A DNA stretch of 64,000 bases from an uncultured Sphingorhabdus sp. (GTDB lineage Bacteria > Pseudomonadota > Alphaproteobacteria > Sphingomonadales > Sphingomonadaceae), in contig CAJQNR010000014.1 in the NCBI GenBank assembly GCA_905479715.1, positions 6,677 to 70,676 of the forward strand, in the 5' to 3' direction. The notes below the pieces were generated by a model. It had not been told where the DNA came from and did no database searches. It was given only the letters and a program-made list of their open reading frames with translations. This document shows, one piece after another, positions 59,821-64,000 of this stretch. Each line of letters starts with the position of its first letter. The first letter of the stretch is position 1. The translations under genes and the position numbers were made by a program.

Positions 59821-61097
59821 CCGGTCTGACCGCTACCACGCCGCTCGCTCGTTGGCCGATAGAGGAAAACCGCGATACAGCAAATGACCGCAGCCAGAAT
59901 CATCCCCGGTAAAACCGCTCCGCCCTTGGCTGTGGCGTTGGCACCGCCGGTCAAGGCCAGACTTAACGCGATAATCTGTGGCGCCAGGGCCTGCCCCAGT
60001 TTGCGGGCGACATTGGACAACGCATAGACATGGGCCGCGCAGCCGGTTCCACCGGGCAATGTTTCGAGATCGCGGATGGCAATCGGGACCATCGACCAGA
60101 ACATGATCGACATGCCGCATGTCGCGGCGATTGCAATGGCGAGGATCACGGTTGCGACTTCCAGACCGTGGGAATAGAATATCGCCAGCATCACCAGTGC
60201 ACTTATGTGCAGCAAAACCGCCCAAATCAAAGTAGCGACCAGACCGATCCGGGTTGACAACGCGACCCATAATGGCGCGGTTATCAGCAGCGCTGCGGAC
60301 GGCAAAAGCGCGGCCCAATATCCCCATTCGGAATTGCCGAGGTCGCGGTCGAACAGAAACAGGATCGACTTGGCGGTCACGGTCGTGCTCAATCCGGCGA
60401 CTATAATCGTCAGCAGCAATCGGCGCAGGGCGTCATTCTGACCGATCAATCTGAAATAGTGAGAAATTTCCTGAAGTAGAGACAGGGGTGGCGTGGGCGG
60501 CGCAGCGACGCGTTCCTTGACGCCAAGCCAGGTAATGAAGAAACATGGTTGCGCCAGCACGCCCAAAATCAGCGCGCCGGTCAGAAACGGAGCGTCGCTT
60601 CCGGATGTCAAAGCATAGATGGTAGCGGCGGTCAGTCCACCTAGCGCCGCACCCTGCATTCTGAGCCCGGTCAGCTTCAATTGCTCCGATGGTTCATCGG
60701 TGATCCGTGCGGTCAGCACGGCATAGGGAATATTCCCGCAGCCATAGGCAAATCGCAATCCGACATGGGTGACGGCGGCATAAAGTGCGAGACTATAGCC
60801 TTCAAGCGCGGGTGATCGAAAGGCCAGCCATAATGCAACGGCAATCAGCGGACCGCTGAGCAGGACCCACAGTTTCATCGGATAACGAACCGCCGTGCGA
60901 TCTGCGAGCGCGCCGACGATCGGATCGAAAAGCCAGTCAACGACGGCACCAATCAGAAAAATACCGGCGGCAATGCCGAGTGGCAGATGCAGAATCTGGA
61001 TATAGAAGAACAGCAGGTATAGCTCTATCGACTGCCAGATCAGATTAAAGCCGACATCGCCTGCAGCATAGCTCAGACGTTCGCGGCGCTGGATCAC
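59817..61097 (-). CDS. GPH-like (MFS_2) glycoside transporter
   Basis: YAAGDVG.N, DPIVGALAD, NIPY; GTG overlaps the LacI-gene stop. Confidence 0.85.
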   Translation of the reverse strand: MIQRRERLSYAAGDVGFNLIWQSIELYLLFFYIQILHLPLGIAAGIFLIGAVVDWLFDPIVGALADRTAVRYPMKLWVLLSGPLIAVALWLAFRSPALEGYSLALYAAVTHVGLRFAYGCGNIPYAVLTARITDEPSEQLKLTGLRMQGAALGGLTAATIYALTSGSDAPFLTGALILGVLAQPCFFITWLGVKERVAAPPTPPLSLLQEISHYFRLIGQNDALRRLLLTIIVAGLSTTVTAKSILFLFDRDLGNSEWGYWAALLPSAALLITAPLWVALSTRIGLVATLIWAVLLHISALVMLAIFYSHGLEVATVILAIAIAATCGMSIMFWSMVPIAIRDLETLPGGTGCAAHVYALSNVARKLGQALAPQIIALSLALTGGANATAKGGAVLPGMILAAVICCIAVFLYRPTSERRGSGQTG

Positions 61098-62122
61098 GGC
61101 TGGTTGGCAGGCGGTGCGGTTGATTGCCGGACAATCAATTCGCAAGCATGCGTTTCAAGCATATTAAACGGTTTGTTCTCGAGCTTCGCGATGAGGGCAT
61201 CTGTCGCGTCGCGTGCCATGTCATACACGGGTTGATGGATGGTGGTAATGCGAGGCCACACAATTTGGGCGATCGCACTATCATCAAATCCGGCGATCGA
61301 GACATCGTCGGGCACGCTAAGGCCCAGGTCGCGTGCGGCCATGATTGCTGCGGCCGCCATGTCATCATTTTGCGCGAAAATTGCCGTTGGGCGATCCGGT
61401 CGGTCGAGCAGTTTATGCGCCGCTGCCAGACCCGATTCATAGGTATAATAGCCTTGTTCTTCCATATCGGGTGAATGGGAAACACCAGCGGCTTTCAAGG
61501 CATCCAGAAATCCATCCAGTCGGGCGCCACTGGAAGGGTGGGTCGGGTCGCCCTTGATAACGCCGATACGCCGATGCCCGAGTTCGAGCAGATAAGCGGT
61601 CATTTTCCGCGATGCTTCGACGTCGTCGGTTGTCCTGCTGGGGCCAATATCGAGAGATTCGGTAGGGGCAACGCGGGAAAACGGAAAATTGTGACGGGTC
61701 AGTTCGCTTAGCACCTGAGGGTGATCGGACGCTGGCGGAGTCAGGATCACGCCGTCGAGCGCGGCAGCCCGCAAGATGCTCATGATCTTGCCTGACACTT
61801 TCGCAACGGACTCGACCGGCAACACGAGCAGGCGATATTTTTCTCCATGCAAGCGATCCAGTGCTCCGCGCTGTAATTCCACAACATAGTTTGGACTGGG
61901 ATTCTCGTAGATCAGGCCAAGCAGAAAGGAGCGCCGACCGACCAGACCTCGTGCCATTAAATTGGGATGATAGTCGAGTTCCTCGGCGGCCTTTAGGACT
62001 TTATCACGGAGGACTTTCCGGACATGTGGCTCGTCATTGAAAACTCTTGAAACGGTCTTGATCGAGACATTTGCAGCAGTTGCAACATCAACGATCGTAG
62101 CCCGCTTTTTGGAATCTGACAT
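61094..62122 (-). CDS. LacI-family transcriptional regulator
   Basis: TIVDVA..ANVSIKTVSRV, LGHRRIG, NDDMA, VSIAGFDD. Confidence 0.95.
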   Translation of the reverse strand: MSDSKKRATIVDVATAANVSIKTVSRVFNDEPHVRKVLRDKVLKAAEELDYHPNLMARGLVGRRSFLLGLIYENPSPNYVVELQRGALDRLHGEKYRLLVLPVESVAKVSGKIMSILRAAALDGVILTPPASDHPQVLSELTRHNFPFSRVAPTESLDIGPSRTTDDVEASRKMTAYLLELGHRRIGVIKGDPTHPSSGARLDGFLDALKAAGVSHSPDMEEQGYYTYESGLAAAHKLLDRPDRPTAIFAQNDDMAAAAIMAARDLGLSVPDDVSIAGFDDSAIAQIVWPRITTIHQPVYDMARDATDALIAKLENKPFNMLETHACELIVRQSTAPPANQP

Positions 62123-62484
62123 TATCCGGATATACTCGTTTTCATTATAAGATTTTATTCTGTCATGAGGCGCATATAGTCCATGTGTTTCTAGGTTCAT
62201 TACCGCTGATTTGCAACAAAATCAGCCATATTTTACTTGAAGCGACAGACCGGATTATTGGCTGAAATCAAAAGAAAAGTTGGTCAAAGCCCGGGCCAGG
62301 ATCAACTGCCAGGAACGACACGGAGAGCCGTCCTTCCTTTTCGGTTTCGCGAAGTTCCCCGGGAATGCGGTTGCGCTTTGACTCTGGCTGCTAGGCACGG
62401 ACCTTGATTTCATCCGCTTCGGCTTCCGGGCAAACCTATTTTCTGGCTTTTGGTGGCAATCCTTCGCTCGGGATTTCGGGAATG

Positions 62485-62655
62485 GGTGAGCATCGATTGT
62501 GCCGCTTCATAAAGCATAGTGTGCAGCATCACGTCTCCGCTTTTGCAGATGCCGCCATCATAGTCGATCTCGCCTGACTGGTGCCCTTTTGATGTCAGTC
62601 CCGCATGCGCGCCGACATCGCTGGAGTGCACAAAGCGGTGTGGTGCAATATTTAT
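62485..62655 (-). pseudogene. IS110-family transposase C-terminal fragment (boundaries approximate)
   Basis: HRF..SSDVGAHAGLT....QSGEIDYDGGICKSGD.ML..MLYEAA; no N-terminal DEDD domain. Confidence 0.8.
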
Positions 62656-62870
62656 TCAGCGGATCCGATGAATTTTAACCGCGCCAAAGAAGCTCAGGAA
62701 AAGGCGAAAGTTGGATGTAAATAAGGTGACTATTCAAATTGGATCGAAAACCGGCCGGCGAACGCTCACTTTCGAATAGCCGCAGTGGTCCGATTCTATG
62801 TGCGCATTGCATTTTCAATGCAGACATTCAGACGCCAAATAAACAAGTCTGCACACTGACGCTTGCGAAC

Positions 62871-62904
62871 AAAAAACCCCGCTGGATCACTCCAGCAGGG
62901 CTTT
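62871..62904 (-). terminator. Intrinsic terminator after the PEP-CTERM gene
   Basis: Minus strand CCCTGCTGGA-GTGA-TCCAGCGGGG followed by T6. Confidence 0.75.
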
Positions 62905-62927
62905 GTGATTGCCTTGTCAAATGGCGA

Positions 62928-63527
62928 TTAAGCGTAGCTGACTTTTACATTGGTTTTACGTTTACGACGCATCGCGCCGCCAATCGCGCCAAAGCCGAAG
63001 ATCATGAACGCCCATGTTGCTGGTTCTGGGACTGCGGCACCAATTGTAAGCGTATCATATTCGCCAAGTCTATATGGGCCATATTCTGCAAAAGTTCCGG
63101 CGAAGCCAGAACCAGCGGGATCAGCCTGACCAGCTAGTGGATCAAAAAAGAAACCTGAAGTACCGTTGGTGCCGGCGAGCACTCCGCTGTAGCCGCCATC
63201 AGCATTAAATGTATTATCATAGCCGGTAACATATCCGGGTACAAATTCATTGGATGAGGTATCATACCCAAAATATATATAGCTACTCGCGGCTGGCAGC
63301 GCGCCGACGAACGCTAGATCGTAGGTGTCGTCTATGGTTAGTGAAAAATTGATGAGATCCGCATAACTTAAAATGCCCAAGTTGGAATCATCGTAGCTGA
63401 AGGAACCACTTGCAACCGATGTGCCACCATTGGAGAAGTCAAACTGTTTCACTACCGTTGCCGCATTTGCGATCTGTGGTGCGAGAAATGTTGCCGAACA
63501 TAGTGCGGCTAGCAAATATTTTTTCAT
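62928..63527 (-). CDS. PEP-CTERM (PEPxxWA-CTERM) surface protein
   Basis: Signal peptide ending ANA; AVPEPATWAFMIFGFGAIGGAMRRKRK; AGGGG RBS. Confidence 0.92.
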   Translation of the reverse strand: MKKYLLAALCSATFLAPQIANAATVVKQFDFSNGGTSVASGSFSYDDSNLGILSYADLINFSLTIDDTYDLAFVGALPAASSYIYFGYDTSSNEFVPGYVTGYDNTFNADGGYSGVLAGTNGTSGFFFDPLAGQADPAGSGFAGTFAEYGPYRLGEYDTLTIGAAVPEPATWAFMIFGFGAIGGAMRRKRKTNVKVSYA

Positions 63528-63604
63528 GTAATCCCCTGTAATTAAACACTGCAAAAGCAGTTCGTTGCGCATCGCTGCGCCTAAATTTTACGGCCCAATT
63601 TCGG

Positions 63605-63620
63605 GTTAACATATTATTAA
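63605..63620 (-). promoter_or_regulatory. CtrA box upstream of the PEP-CTERM gene
   Basis: Minus strand TTAA-taatatg-TTAAC, perfect consensus. Confidence 0.6.
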
Positions 63621-63689
63621 AATGCAACCAAGCTTTAAGTAGCGGAAGGGATATCTGCTCCAAATTGGGACAATTTCTGATGTTCGCTT

Positions 63690-64000
63690 TGCCCGTCGTC
63701 TTACCGTAGGCGAGTTTTTTGCGCTATCTGGTTGGTTGATATCAAACGGCTAGCCTCTGTTAACGCAAGCCTCGTTGTGCGATAGTTTTGAGTTTGGCCG
63801 TTTCTCTCTGTTTAATGATGGTTTCTGCCCTGTCAAACTGGACATCAGCAGACGTTGTTGAGGCTCTCGTGTTTTCGCTGATGCCGTGTTGCTCAAAAAA
63901 ACGCTCGGCCTGTTTCTTCAGATAAGAATAGTTCTGCAGCTGTATCCGACTCTACAAGGCCAAGTGCCAGCACTCGATCTTACCCTGTGTCTGTGGATGG
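63690..64000 (-). mobile_element. Degenerate DDE transposase 3' end (IS3/IS481-like) running off the window edge
   Basis: Hand translation HPQTQGKIECWHLAL*SRIQLQNY...SADVQFDRAETIIKQRE..K..TI with internal stops; possible terminal repeat remnant TGCCCGTCGTC at 63690. Confidence 0.75.

Noticed and set aside
62485-62655. IS110 as an active bridge-RNA recombinase system
   Set aside because: Only a ~55-codon degenerate fragment is present; no DEDD domain, element ends or identifiable bridge RNA

Overview
Chromosomal window from an alphaproteobacterium, most likely Sphingomonadales (inferred from gene content; the genus cannot be fixed from sequence alone). Left to right: (1) the 3' end of an RcGTA-like gene transfer agent cluster and an OmpA with a 21-proline linker; (2) purC and purSQ, separated by a Slam/type XI secretion plus TbpB-like lipoprotein pair; (3) housekeeping genes (parC, acs, cca, Nudix, tag, cytochrome c) and a CREST/ceramidase-like gene; (4) a ~15 kb general stress response (GSR) island at ~25.5-40.5 kb with nepR-ecfG, a convergent phyR, an HWE kinase-Crp pair, a BLUF protein and many effectors, in which I read 13 EcfG-type promoters by eye. 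Two of these promoters point into ORF-less structured DNA (candidate sRNAs) and one precedes an unannotated 34-aa peptide; (5) an orphan pal and a KdpDE-like pair; (6) an NsrR / group III truncated haemoglobin module; (7) a LacI-associated beta-glucoside locus (TonB-dependent receptor, GH3, MFS transporters, flavin-dependent halogenase) joined to the Entner-Doudoroff genes; (8) a PEP-CTERM gene with a perfect CtrA box between two IS remnants. No rRNA, tRNA or CRISPR array was seen. All calls come from motif recognition without database searches, and several start codons were moved downstream of the ORF-track starts.
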